DNA of 63,892 nucleotides, counting the filler, from Octopus bimaculoides (lineage: Eukaryota): NCBI RefSeq assembly GCF_001194135.2. It is 5 parts of 5 records of this genome, joined end to end, with 100 filler letters (N's around TTAATTAATTAA, not from the genome) between each part and the next. Parts side by side here need not be neighbours in the genome. Positions count along the whole stretch, not along the records: positions 1 to 23,575 come from NC_068981.1; positions 23,676 to 32,191 come from NC_068986.1; positions 32,292 to 54,636 come from NC_068989.1; 2 more parts are not named here. One strand, written 5' to 3'. Position 1 is the first letter of the stretch, and every line of letters starts with the position of its first letter. Of this stretch, positions 22,503-35,499 are shown one piece after another. The position numbers were made by a program, and so were the translations under genes. Under the pieces are notes generated by a model. It had not been told where the DNA came from. It did no database searches and worked only from the letters and a program-made list of their open reading frames with translations.

Positions 22503-22915
22503 CTTACATTGTATTAGTTATCTGGTTACTTTTGCTGGATTGTTAATCTTGTAACATTATGAATGTTGCTTATAGGGCGGAGAATTTGCAGAATTGTTAG
22601 AATATCAGAAAGTATGCTTTCTGTTATCGCTTCCGGATCTTTACATTCTGAGTTCAATTCCAGCCAAGGTCTATAAAATAAGATACCTGTATACCTGTCT
22701 AGTACCGGGGTTCATGGTACTGAGAATGTTACATATGCTTCAACTGTGTTTGATGACTGCTTTGAAGCTATTATAGGGGAAAATGGATCAGAGTGGTGCA
22801 AGTAGTTTTCAAATCTTTCTGTTCTCTTTGTTTCACGCTAATTCATTCTATCAGCAAACAATCAAAAGAAACAATATCGTTAGGCTGTGCAACAACAAAA
22901 ACAGCAGTACTGCCC

Positions 22916-22966
<51 letters not shown>

Positions 22967-22999
22967 TCTCTCTTGCCCTCTCTGTCTGTCTGCCTCTCA

Positions 23000-23036
<37 letters not shown>

Positions 23037-23176
23037 CTATACAAATATGTACACAGAAAGCACACACACACACAAACACATACTCCTCATATACACATAC
23101 ATTTATTCACGCACACGTATTCATATCTGCGCATAAGCATACGTGTATATATATTTATGTGCTAATATTCATACGT

Positions 23177-23536
23177 GGAGGCGCAATGGCCCAATGGTTA
23201 AGGCAGCGGACTCGCGGTTTCGATTTCCAGACCGAGCGTTGTGAGTGTTTATTGAGCGAAATCACCCAAAGCTCCACGAGGCTCCTGCAGGGGGTGCTGG
23301 CAAACCCTGCTGTACTATTTCACCACAACTTTCTCTCAATCCTGTTTCTGTTTTACCTGTATTTCAAAGAACCAGCCTTATCACACTTTGTGTCACGCTG
23401 AATCTCCCCGAGAACTAAGTTAAAGGTACACATGTCTGTGGAGTGCTCAGCCACTTGCACGTTAATTTCACGAGCAGGCTATTCCGTTGATCAGATCAAC
23501 TGGAGCCCTCGTTGTCGTAACCGACGGAGTGCCAGC
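23177..23536 (+). mobile_element. SINE family B, near full length
   Basis: GGAGGCGCAATGGCCCAATGGTTAAGGCAGCGGACTCGCG tRNA-like head; imperfect TSD AATATTCATACGT/AATATTCATGCAT. Confidence 0.9.
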
Positions 23537-23575
23537 AATATTCATGCATACATATTTGTATATACTTATGTTTGT

Positions 23576-23675
23576 NNNNNNNNNNNNNNNNNNNNNNNNN
23601 NNNNNNNNNNNNNNNNNNNTTAATTAATTAANNNNNNNNNNNNNNNNNNNNNNNNNNNNNNNNNNNNNNNNNNNN
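23576..23675. other. Artificial 100-bp scaffolding spacer (44 N + TTAATTAATTAA + 44 N); also at 32192-32291, 54637-54736, 61086-61185
   Basis: Identical 12-mer centred in identical N runs four times; gives stops in all six frames. Confidence 0.95.
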
Positions 23676-23796
23676 ATGTGGTACTTAAAATGTTTGAGGC
23701 ACCAGAATTTGGTAGGGTAAAAACCAAAAACAAAATCAAGAGATTTGGTGAATAAAATTTGAAGAAATGCAACAAAAATTCAATAGGTTATAGCAG

Positions 23797-23881
23797 TACA
23801 TACGTTTCGTACAAACTTCATTTATTCATGTAGTGAGAACACTACATAAAATGTGCAATGAAAATGTACTCCTCAGATGCA
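23797..23881 (-). ncRNA. Type I hammerhead-like motif with long helix II (left arm)
   Basis: TGCAT-CTGAGGA-GTAC...ATGTAGTG-TTCT-CACTACAT...GTAC-GAAAC-GTA-TGTA; core intact, helix I has a one-base register problem. Confidence 0.6.
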
Positions 23882-24082
23882 TAATGTAATTTCATTTTAG
23901 AAAGTCATTTTGTAGATGTGTGCAAAAACAAGAGTAGGAGAAGAAGAAAATACCATCTTGACTGGGCTGTCATTCAACAGACTAGACTGTTGAATGACAG
24001 CCCGGTCAAGATGGTATTTTCTTCTCCTAATCTTGTTTTTGCACACATCTACAAAATGACTTTCTAAAATGAAATTCCATTA

Positions 24083-24167
24083 TACAGCTGAGGAGTACAT
24101 TTTCATTGCACATTTTATGTAGTATTCTCACTACATGAATAAATGAACTTTGTACGAAAGGTATGTA
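24083..24167 (+). ncRNA. Type I hammerhead-like motif (right arm)
   Basis: TACAG-CTGAGGA-GTAC...GTAC-GAAAG-GTA-TGTA; C15.2G change. Confidence 0.5.
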
Positions 24168-24331
24168 CTGCTATAACCTATTAAATTTTTGTTGCTTTTC
24201 TTTAAATATATATGTATATATATATATGTATATACATATATATACGTATATGTATATATACCTACATAAATATATACATACTTACACATAGACATGTGTG
24301 TGAGTATATATATGTGTGTGTGTGTGCGTGT

Positions 24332-24396
<65 letters not shown>

Positions 24397-24688
24397 NNNN
24401 NNNNNNNNNNNNNNNNNNNNNNNNNNNNNNNNNNNNNNNNNNNNNNNNNNNNNNNNNNNNNNNNNNNNNNNNNNNNNNNNNNNNNNNNNNNNNNNNNNNN
24501 NNNNNNNNNNNNNNNNNNNNNNNNNNNNNNNNNNNNNNNNNNNNNNNNNNNNNNNNNNNNNNNNNNNNNNNNNNNNNNNNNNNNNNNNNNNNNNNNNNNN
24601 NNNNNNNNNNNNNNNNNNNNNNNNNNNNNNNNNNNNNNNNNNNNNNNNNNNNNNNNNNNNNNNNNNNNNNNNNNNNNNNNNNNNNNNN

Positions 24689-24720
<32 letters not shown>

Positions 24721-24908
24721 GAGACTAAATATATATTAAGCATGTATACTAACTTCGTTGTACATATTTATATGTGCCTATTGGTACATTTCAACAAATA
24801 TATATAGCTCCGTCAATATGGTAAAATATTCTAATAATCCTGTCTAACGACGCCATTTCAAGCTCACAATTCAATCAAGGCTTGTTTACCGTACTACGCT
24901 CTCCTTAC

Positions 24909-24996
24909 AAAAGTCGAGCTCAAACAACATAATAACTTTGTACAGCTTCCTTTCTTTTTGGCTTCAACTGTTCCTGCCTTATGATCCAACATTATC
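24909..24996 (-). CDS. Candidate isolated 88-nt exon (unverified)
   Basis: Acceptor TCTTTTTCGATTTCTTTCAG, open frame IMLDHKAGTVEAKKKGSCTKLLCCLSSTF, donor GTAAGG at 24908; no partner exons found. Confidence 0.2.
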
Positions 24997-26722
24997 CTGA
25001 AAGAAATCGAAAAAGATTCAAAAACACATACCAACACAGGATTGTATTGAATAACTATATATCCTAAAATCATACATAAAATTTTAATAAACACACGCCG
25101 TCACAATGTAAACTTATAAGGCGTGGATAAACAACAAGAGCTTCAGCAACTATATAAGAGGATCGGACCGGCTAGTGTGGTCTCTTGTTTTGCTTGATTG
25201 ACATACATATCGCTCCATCTCGATTGGCCAGCACCAACTCAACAAACAGCTCAGTCTTTAATCACCACCCAGAAAACGACACACTACTTTCAAAGTATAT
25301 TTGGAAATCTAAACACAAAAGGACGATCACTAACATGTTATAAGCAGTGTTAGATATGGCTCGTGTGTTTAGAAAAATGGTCAAAGTCATGTACATTCTA
25401 CCGCACGGAAAATTTCCACATCATTTGCTATTCAACCCAATGAAATGCCAACAAAGAATTTCAAAACAGGAACCAGCTCCGAAAGACCGATGATGCTTTC
25501 AGTTGTCTGAGAATTCTTACAGTGTAACCTTCATTGGATTTGATAGCAAAGCCATCAAGTTGGATGTAGATTACTCTAGAGATCTAACCGAAAGCATCGT
25601 GAGAAAGTATCGTATATCACTGGTGACACACTTACTATAGATTCGCCATTACTTGCTTGTACTTATGTTGTGAGTATGCATTTATTGAACCAGGCACGTC
25701 TTCGAGTATATGTGTGTGTGTGCATATGTGTTTAGGTATATGTGTATTTATTTGTGTTTGTGTATGAGTATATTTTAGTATCTATTCTCTGTGTGTGACG
25801 TGTGCAGAGGATACGTGTGTATGTTGTATAGCGTGCGTGCGTGTGTGGTGTGTGTGTGTGTGTGTGTCGCATGTTCAGTGGTGTCTGAACAACCCAATAG
25901 GTTACGCGGGCGAACCGGCTGTGATTGAAATATTTTATGGACTATTTTGCGAATTAATCTCGGAATGAACGAAGAATGAATAAATATTAATTATTTTAAA
26001 TTAAATTCGGAAATGAATACATATAACATAGTAAAAACAATATCAAATTAAAATATCGGTGATGTCATTGTCGCTGCTTTTTTTTGCTGCTGTCGTTGTT
26101 GTTGTTATCATTGTTGTTATTGTTGTTCCTGACATCGTCGTCGTCTTTATTAAGCACCATATCAATTATGATTGAAGCAGACCAATGTTGAAAGAAATCA
26201 CAGAATTGACCATTCCGTTCTTTTCAGGTACTGGGAATTTACGATTACATTACCTGATATCTTCTTCCTTTTATAAGAGAGAAGGGTGTACGACTAAGGG
26301 AGATTTCATTGTTATTTCTAGCACATCTTCGTACCATGTAAAAGCTTCGTCGTTAGCTAGCCGTGATATTGATTTTTGGAAAAATAAATACAATTGAAAG
26401 TAATTAGAATTGACGCTCTGCGGTGGTTGAATGTAGATACATGTGTGCATGTGAGTGTAAGCGCGAGCGCATGTGTGTGTGTGTGTGTGTGCGTGCGTGT
26501 GTGTGTATACGTGTATGTGCGTAGACACAGGCATTACCGTTTAGCTAATAAGTTTGTCTCACAAATATGAGGTTTCATTGTGCGGTATTCTGGTCAATCA
26601 TTGGTTTGTCAAATCAATTCATTCATTTCTTTCTACTTGGCACTCCATCGTCATATGTCTGAAAATAGGTAAAATTTATTGAAATTTCGAAAACAAAAAA
26701 CAAAATTTTGTAGAGGTAAAAT

Positions 26723-27107
26723 TGTTGTTGTTGTTGGCACTCCGTCGCTTACGACGTCAAGGGTTCCAGTTGATCCGATCAACGGAACAGCCTTTTCGTG
26801 AAATTAACGTGCAAGTGGCTGAGCACTCCACAGACACGTGTACCCTTAACGTAGTTCTCGAGGATATTCAGCGTGACACAGAGTGTGACAAGGCTGACCC
26901 TTTGAATTACAGGCACAACAGGAAGTAAGAGTGAGAGAAAGTTGTGGTGAAAGAGTACAGCAGGGTTCGCCACCATCCCCTGCCGGAGCCTCGTGGAGCT
27001 TTAGGTGTTTTCGCTCAATAAACACTCACAACGCCCGGTCTGGGAATCGAAACTGCGATCCTATGACCGCGAGTCCGCTGCCCTAACCACTGGGCCATTG
27101 CGCCTCC
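26723..27107 (-). mobile_element. SINE family B, full length
   Basis: TSD GAGGTAAAAT at 26713-26722 and 27110-27119. Confidence 0.95.
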
Positions 27108-28142
27108 CTGAGGTAAAATAGAGCTACAAAAACAAACGTAAAACACTACGATAAAAATATTTTTTCGTGTAAATTCGAATAACACAGGAAAGGATTAAAA
27201 TTAATGGGTGGGGGACAACGAACGGTGTTTTCTGACAGCTCAATATTATTTACCAACTTAAGCCTTATGCCTGGCATTTATTAAACAGAAATTGTGTGGA
27301 AACTTGTCAGATAGGTTATACTTGCTATTCAAAAGGCCAGTCTTGTTACACACTATGTTATGCCGATTGTATCCGAGTATTACATTAAGAGTAGAACTAT
27401 ATGTGGAATACTCAGTCACTTTCGCAATCATTTAATGAGTAAAGAACATCCGGAAACTTTTTGTTGCAACCGGTGGAGGTTCAATTTAATATTTCTATTT
27501 TACATATTTAAGCACGAAACAAATGTCTAAATATATATATATGTATGTTGAAAAGCTTAATAGGCTTCACGCGAATTAATTTATATTAAAGATCAAAAAG
27601 GAAAACATTCCCTGAGAACATTATTATATTAACCTTTTTATCACAATATGCTACCAGTTTCGATTTTTTAAGGTGATTAAATCGTCAAAAAGCTGGTTGA
27701 AACCGGCAGCATATTTTGATAAAAATGTAAATATTTTCACTCTTTTGTCCATGATAAAGTTCTCAAAAAATTTTCTTCTTGCTTCTTGTTTAGATATACA
27801 TGTTTGCTTGTTTGTTTAAAAAGAATTTATACTCTAATGAGAAGAGCCACATATTGAAAAAGGCAAATGCATCTACGTATTACCTAATTACAAGGCTAGA
27901 GCTTTTCACTTAGTGCCGCCACTTTGGCAAGTTCCTGCTTAAATTCTGGAAATTCACATCGCTATCGGATGTGCAGATGAAGCAGATGAAATTTAGGCTA
28001 AAGTTGCGTTCTCTTTACGCGATACGGATGCTCCCTAACCAAATTTTGGAAGTTCACGTCGATTCTATTCCCATTATTTCATCTGATTCATCACAAAAAA
28101 ATTACCTAACAACACTTCTACCGCTATTTTTTGACACAAATG

Positions 28143-28490
28143 ACTATGTGGTAAGAAGTTTGCTTCCCAACCACATGGTTCCCATTGCGTGGAACCTCGA
28201 GCGAGTGTCAGCTATAGCTTCGGACAGACCAAAGCCTTGTGAGTAGATTTGGTAGACGGAAACTGAAAATAGCTCATCGTATGTGTGTGTGTGTCTATAT
28301 GTACGTGTCTTTGTGCTTGTGTTTGTGCCCCCACAACCGCTTGACAACTGGTGTTAGCGTGTTTGCATCCCCGTAACTAAGAGGTTCGGACAAAAAGACC
28401 GAAATAATAAGTACCGGGTTTTAAAAAGAAGTATTGGGGCGGGGGTCGATTCATTTAACTAAAAATCCAAGTAAAAGATAAAAGGCATAT
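28143..28490 (+). mobile_element. SINE family A, degenerate
   Basis: Head, body, (TG) spacer and 3' module recognisable. Confidence 0.75.
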
Positions 28491-28588
28491 CAAGTATTTT
28501 GCTGAAATAGTCATCGTTGATATCTGTAAAAAAAATAACCCAAGTTACAAGTGGCCCACTGTGCCGCGTCCTACTCTGAATTCCTATA

Positions 28589-29455
28589 CGTGGTCTGATT
28601 AATAAGTATCCGGGCTGTTGCCATAGTAACGAAACTAAAGTATGCAGAGTAAAACCGCTTGGCACAGATTGACCTTGAACTTTGCTGTGCATGTGCACTA
28701 AGTTTTAATGTTCTAGCTCCTTATCTGTTGTTTACTGCAGTGCTTGGAAGGAAAGTATATGGCGAGTGATCGTTGCATTCACCATAAGGAAGAAAGTTGA
28801 GCAGAGAATCTGCATCAAATTTTACCAAAAGCCTGGCGATACCTGTTCAGAGGCCTATGCAAAGTTTTCAAAACGTTTTCATCTTTCTCGAAACAATCAA
28901 GGAGATCTTGTGTAACTGTGTCTTTTTTGTCTTTTTGGTCAGCTGAAAAGTTTTGACACAAACTTGGCAGACACGAGTCTCATACCCAAATCTTCAGTGA
29001 TAATGGACTGAACCGTAACTAATCTGCATATCCTCTGATAAATCACGGATGGTTATTCGATGATTTCCTCTCACAGCTGCACGCACATTTGTGATGTTTT
29101 TCTCAGTTCTGCTGGTTGCGGGTCTCCCAAAACGTTCGTCAATATCGACATTTTTCGGCCATCTTGGAAGCATCTGAATGATTGTGTGCGGCTCATACAC
29201 TCCTCTCCATACACTTTCTGCAACTTGGCGTAGGCTTCTGAGCAGGTATCGCCATGACAACTTTCTCTGTTATGGTCAATGCGACGATCACACGCTACAC
29301 ACCATCCTTCCAAGCACTGCTGTAAACAGCAGAACTAAGCTAGAACGTTAAAACTTAGTGCATATGCACAACAGAGTTCTGTCAAGCGGCTTCTCTCTGC
29401 GTATTTTAGCTTCGTTACTATGGCAACAGTCCAGGTACTTATTGATCAAACCTCG
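28589..29455. mobile_element. Mariner-derived non-autonomous element made of two 5' ends in inverted orientation
   Basis: TIRs CGTGGTCTGATTAATAAGTATCCGGG / CCAGGTACTTATTGATCAAACCTCG with TA on both sides. Plus arm EQRICIKFYQKPGDTCSEAYAK; minus arm GDTCSEAYAKLQKVYGEECMSRTQ...RFGRPATSRTEKNI...ITIRDLSED. Confidence 0.85.
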
Positions 29456-29705
29456 TATTCCCGAAAATACCACAAATGAATTCAGCTTCCATGTGTGTGT
29501 GTGTGTCTGTGTGTGTGTATGGAATAATTATGAGCATAGGTCCACTCGATCAGAGTTGATCTGAGGTTAAATAACAAGCACAGTACAACTATCATCATCA
29601 CCGCAATCATCATAACAGCTGACATCTTCATCACCACTATAAACAGAAGGACGAACCAATGAGTTAATATCTGGTTGCATGTGCAGCTAGAAATAGCAGT
29701 CAAAT

Positions 29706-29740
<35 letters not shown>

Positions 29741-29979
29741 TAAGAGATAGTCTTGCTATCCCCTAAGTATCTCTCATAGTCTTGATATCCCCTAAGTATC
29801 TCTCATATCCTTAATATGCCTTAGACTGCATCACAAAGACTGGATCCTCACTTCGGAACCAGCAATTACTTTATCTTCAGTTAAACATGAAACCTTCAGG
29901 AAAGCTCTGCTGAGACCCGCAACGATGTGTTGCTACCACCTCTGAGGTGCTTGTACTGCTACACACTCTCTTTTTCTCC

Positions 29980-30028
<49 letters not shown>

Positions 30029-31261
30029 TTTTCCCACTTCCTCTCTCTTTTTCCCTCCCTCACATCCTCTCTCTCTCTCTCTCTCACGTACACCACCACA
30101 CATATCGTAGACAACTGACTGGCATGAAGTCGCTGACGAAAACACTCACCAACTCCTGACTCAGAGACGTGCTGTGTCCTCTCTCTACCTTTTCTGTCAA
30201 TACTACGGTGGTTTTTGCTCCTCGGAACTAGCTGCTCTCATATCACTTCTGCTCAAGCACTCTCGACTCATTTGTCTCTCCTCCTCCCGTTACTCACATT
30301 ATGTGCACTCCCTCCACTCCCCAGGCCTCGAACTAACTGCTACACCCAGTCCTTCCTCCCCCCGAATATCGACACTCTGAAATTACGATCCTTCGCATGT
30401 TTCTCCTGCATTTGTTGATTGTTAAAGATGAACGCTAATCGTGTCGATCCGACCAGCTCATGAGTGTAGCCCCAAGGCGGAGGCCCCTACGAAGGTTATG
30501 AGCCCAGTATCTTCTTTCAGTCAAGGGAAACAGAAATACAAAAGTAATAAAGACAAGGAACATCTAAACCGCGGAACGATCTGCTAGAAATAGCAGCTAA
30601 ATCTCATTCAACTCTCAACTTGCTGGACAGATATATTGATAGTGTAATCCTTGGTACATACAAAGACAGGATGTTCACGGTTGGAACGCTTTTGATCATA
30701 CTTCTGCTGGTTCAAGATTGATCTGGAACTAAACAACATCGACACCTTCACCAACACTGGTCTTCTTCCCACGACAACATCTCCTCCCACTAACACTAAC
30801 ACAACCACCACGATCTCACTACTACCACCACAACTCCAATATACACCACAGAGAAGAGAGGTTTTAGGTGGTCGCTGGACCAGCTAGAAATACCAATCAA
30901 ATTTGTAAAAACAAAACAAAAAGAAGCAAGGAGCTGGATAAATCCAGGATATTGTAGTCCTGGGAACATTAAACAAAGATGGGATTGTCACGGTTGGAAC
31001 TCTGTTTATGATGAGATCTTCTCAATCAGGACTGACATGGACCTAAACTACACCACTGCAATATACACTGGTACAGAGAGACCTCTCACACACACAAACA
31101 CACACACATGTACACATACATACATACATATACACACACACACACATATATCCAAAACACATAATACATAAATTCATACATATACGCATACATAGATACA
31201 TACACACATATATAAATACACACATACAGACATACTTATATACATAGTTACATACATACGT

Positions 31262-31650
31262 AGGCGCAGGAGTGGCTGTGTGGTAAGTAGCTTGCTTACA
31301 AACCACATGGTTCCGGGTTCAGTCCCACTGTGTGGCACCTTGGGCAAGTGTCTTCTGCTATAGCCTCGGGCCGACCAAAGTGAGTGGATTTGGTAGACGG
31401 AAACTGAAAGAAGCCTGTCGTATATATGAATATATGTATGTGTGTATATGTTTGTGTGTCTGTGTTTGTCTTCCCAACATCGCTACACACGATGGTGGTG
31501 TGTTTATGTCCCCGTAGCTTAGCGGTTCGACAAAAGTGACCGATAGAATAAGTACTAGGCTTACAAAGAATAAGTCCTGGGGTCGATTTGCTCGACTAAA
31601 GACGGTGCTCCAGCATGGCCGCAGTCAAATGACTGAAACAAGTAAAAAAA
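31262..31650 (+). mobile_element. SINE family A, full length
   Basis: GGCGCAGGAGTGGCTGTGTGGTAAGTAGC head through GACTGAAACAAGTAAAAA tail. Confidence 0.92.
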
Positions 31651-31924
31651 AAAGTATACATACATTCATACATACATATCCATACATACATACAAACATA
31701 CATACATACAGACATACGTGTATACATACATACATACATACATACATACATACATACATACATACATGCTATATCTGGGATTATAAAAATCCACAAGAAC
31801 TTATGATCTAAAGGATGATGAACGAAACAAGATGCATTCCTTCACGACCTTGCAACCAACAAAGGTGGCCGGTCAAATTTACTCTTAATTAAATAAGAGA
31901 AAGAGAAAAACATACATGCATACA

Positions 31925-31971
<47 letters not shown>

Positions 31972-32413
31972 CCACACGCACGCACACACACACACACACC
32001 ACATACACACACGTACATACATACATACATACATGCATATATACATACACACACACCTACATACCGTTCTATTCTGTTGCACCATACACTATCGTTCTAC
32101 GGCAAGTCGCTAAGACAAACTGTCTTTCGTCTACTGCAGCTCTATGGCACTGAACTAATTCTATCTGTTACTACAGCACATACTACTGCAGNNNNNNNNN
32201 NNNNNNNNNNNNNNNNNNNNNNNNNNNNNNNNNNNTTAATTAATTAANNNNNNNNNNNNNNNNNNNNNNNNNNNNNNNNNNNNNNNNNNNNGAAGAAGGC
32301 TTACATAATGGACGCATTTCCTTTTATGTACTACGCAAACCTGAAACGTGCGTATTAAATCATTTCAGACTATTATTATTTAGTTTGACTTCATTATTAT
32401 TTCTAATACAAAG

Positions 32414-32630
32414 ACAGCGAGCTAGCAGAATCGTTAGCATCCCGGGCGAAATGCTTAGCGGTATTTCGTCAGCCGCTACGTTCTGAGTTCAAATTCCGCC
32501 GAAGTCGACTTTGTTTTTCATCCTTTCGTGGTCGATAAATTATGTACCACTTGAGTACTGGGGTCGATGTAATCGACTATCCCCCTCTCCCTAATTTCAG
32601 GCCTTGTGCCTACAGTAGAAAGGATTATTA
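32414..32630 (+). mobile_element. SINE family C
   Basis: Matches family consensus; tail GGCCTTGTGCCTACAGTAGAAAGGATTATTA. Confidence 0.85.
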
Positions 32631-32777
32631 CAGCTAATACGACTCGATGCCAGTACAGACTTACCGCTCTTGATTTCACCAGTGTGAATACCTTAACAAT
32701 GATTTGGAGTAATTTGTTACATTTGACTCGAGTCGAAAATTCTGGTACTGCCACTGCTTCTTAGCGTAACTGAAAAC

Positions 32778-32812
<35 letters not shown>

Positions 32813-32846
32813 CATATGTGCACGCGCGTGTGTTTGCGTGTGTATA

Positions 32847-33064
32847 CGAGGGGGTGCGGAAAAGTTCCTGGGTTTAAGGATACCGCGAAAGGCCTGGTTG
32901 GAAGCCCAACCTTCCCGAGTTCTTTTATAGGGCTTAGAAAAACTGACGGACCACTACAGTAAGTGTGTGAATCTGAGAGGGGAATATGTTGAATAAAATC
33001 ATAATTAACTGATCCTTCTGTATTTTCGTTTACCCAAAGCCAGGAACTTTTCAATACTCACTCG
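32847..33064 (+). mobile_element. Mariner MITE retaining the transposase C-terminus
   Basis: TIRs CGAGGGGGTGCGGAAAAGTTCCTGG / CCAGGAACTTTTCAATACTCACTCG, TA flanks, EKLTDHYSKCVNLRGEYVE*. Confidence 0.8.
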
Positions 33065-33066
33065 TA

Positions 33067-33102
<36 letters not shown>

Positions 33103-34799
33103 ACTTCTAAAACAAGAAGATGGAATGAGCATGCTTTAATCATCAGTCATAACAATTGTTTCTGTACAATAATAACAGCTGTTGGTTACTGAGTTTTCCA
33201 CATCATACTATTTACATACAATATTATATAGATAATTACATAAATATATATGATCCAGCTGGATCAGAGTCAGTTTCCGATCGTTTTATACCCCATTGTG
33301 TTTTTGGCAATCTGTCTCTGTGGAGTAACTTATGGATTCAAATAGGCATAAGCCATAAAGATATCAAATAAAGTAATGGCAGATAGGAATGGAAATTATA
33401 AATCATAAAACAAAGAGACCAAAATTAATTAATGGAAATAAAAGTGAAGAGTATAAATATAAATGAAACCTAAAATTCTGTCCTTTTTTATTCTATCGTA
33501 AGCATGTCTCCTTTTTCTCATGAAGATAGTTTAAAACTGTGTATGCTGTTCTATGTTTTGATGCAGTTCACTTTACCAGATATTTTCGACCCAGAGTACA
33601 GAGTAACATTCCTCTTCTGTTCTCCATATTGCTTTATAACGGTTTTATTGAAATAGAGATAGGCTAAATTGTTCTAAACATGAGTCATATGTTATTAGGA
33701 AATCGTTGCAAACTAATTGATATTCTGAATGCATTTAATGCATATGTTTCAATTGATTATGTAACAAATTACTATGTAAGTACCACCCTCATTAGTTGAT
33801 TACAAACGAAATGCATTGATGGAATCGAGTTTGCCTCTATATATTGTAGCAGAGAGAAGAAAGTCATATAAAACATGGAAAGAATTATATTATAAAGAGA
33901 GGGAATGAAAAAAGATGAGTCTTTTGAATAGATATCTAATGAAGAGGAGAGGATATATAATATAAAGTAAAAATAAATAGATAGATAAATAGATAAGTAG
34001 ATAACCTAGTGGACAATGGACTTTTTTTAAAGAAAGGAGAAAATGAAAAGGGGGAAAGAGAGGAAACAAATGAAAAAAAAAAAAAAAGAGACAAGAACAA
34101 TGAAGCGAATCAGTCTGGTAGGGACGAAAACAAGCTAAGCAATATGATACCTATGCTAATCAGATCATAAGGAATTTAGTAAGTGCTGTTCTTCTCACCA
34201 GACCATTACACTTTAGATCTAAAAAAGCATTTATTAGTCCATGTACTAGTAATAATTTCAAATCCTAAAATTGAAGGAAAGATTAGGATTTTCCCTCATT
34301 TAGATATGCTACAGTTTCGAATACCGGGTTTGATTGTAATTATGCACTATATAAAAATGTAAACACAAAGAATTGGTAATACTATAAATAATAATACTAT
34401 ATATAATATTAACAAAATTAATAGTACTATTAACGACAATATGTATGTATGTAAGCATGTATGTATGTATGTATGTATGTATGTATGTATCTATCATTTA
34501 AAATATACAATTTAAAGAAGTAGTAATAGTTTCATGCCAAAGAGATATAATAATTAGGTAGATTTTAAATAACAAGATATTCATCTCCAAATAATCTTCC
34601 AGGCTCAGGGCATAACGTCAGACCTAATTGAAAACTCAAGACGCTGTCTACGAGAAAACATGAAAAAAAAAAACTAAGAAAATCGTGAAGAATTTTGATG
34701 GAAAAAGTGGAAGGGAACAAAAATAATAAGAAAACTTTGCATGTAGAAATCACAATTAATCTAGCCGATGTAGTATAATATAATGGAGTGGCGACCAAA

Positions 34800-35400
34800 G
34801 TTTGTGAAATAGCTACTCAATTTGGAGAGGTCTTTATTCCCCAGTTCGACTAAAGAAACTTGTCTATATGTTTGTATTTGCTAAAAATTTCGGACCTGGA
34901 ATTAAGTAGTGTGGTAGAACTTGGATCTAAAAAGAATGTGCGATCTTTCAGCTACGCATTAGTTGCATCTCTTCGATCCATTCATATCTATCACAATTTT
35001 CTCCACGATACTCCATTTGAATGTATGTAGTGTGCAGTTGGTCTTCAGATCCCCCACACATGTTAGCCAACATAGTGGCTTCATGGTGTCGACAGTTACA
35101 ACTGGGAGAGGCATATTTAATAATGCCCGGAATTTCTTACCTCTGTTAATTTTAACATTTAAGGAGAAAGACGCGGGTGAACTATATTATTTTCCTATGT
35201 CTAATTTTAGGCTTCATATTCTTAACTGCAAGGTTATATCATATCTCATAAATAGACTAAAGAGATGCAAGTTATGCGTAGCTGAAAGATCGCACATTCT
35301 TTTCCGATCTAAGAATTCCACTACGCTACTTAATTCCATATCCGAAATGTTTAGCAAATGCAAGCTGATGGACGAGTATAGATATATATAAAGTTGAGAC
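34800..35400. mobile_element. Penelope-like GIY-YIG C-terminal relic with tail-out inversion
   Basis: Plus strand KRCKLCVAERSHILFRSKNSTTLLNSISEMFSKCK; inverted copy 34876-34973 versus 35260-35359. Confidence 0.75.
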
Positions 35401-35499
35401 TTTGTATAGTTGTATTTAGAGTCTGATTTCCACATTATTTTTGTATTTTTATAATTTCACAAATACCTAATATTTTAACCAATCACAGTCACCAGTAGA

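Larger units (their letters stand above)
23757..24207. repeat. 451-bp near-perfect palindrome with no spacer, an HHR-like motif in each arm
   Basis: Centre CTAG at 23982-23985; arms differ by about 12 substitutions and one 3-bp indel (counted by eye). Confidence 0.9.

Noticed and set aside
23620-23631. Recurrent TTAATTAATTAA as a biological motif (homeodomain site or piggyBac target)
   Set aside because: Always centred in 44+44 N, so it is a scaffolding linker
26271-26534. ORF ...RLANDEAFTWYEDVLEITMKSPL as an exon
   Set aside because: Matches SINE-like family D module plus microsatellite
29820-30420. Possible relatives of the 13.7-14.1 kb unit (also 20870-21200)
   Set aside because: Only short motif echoes; homology could not be established by eye
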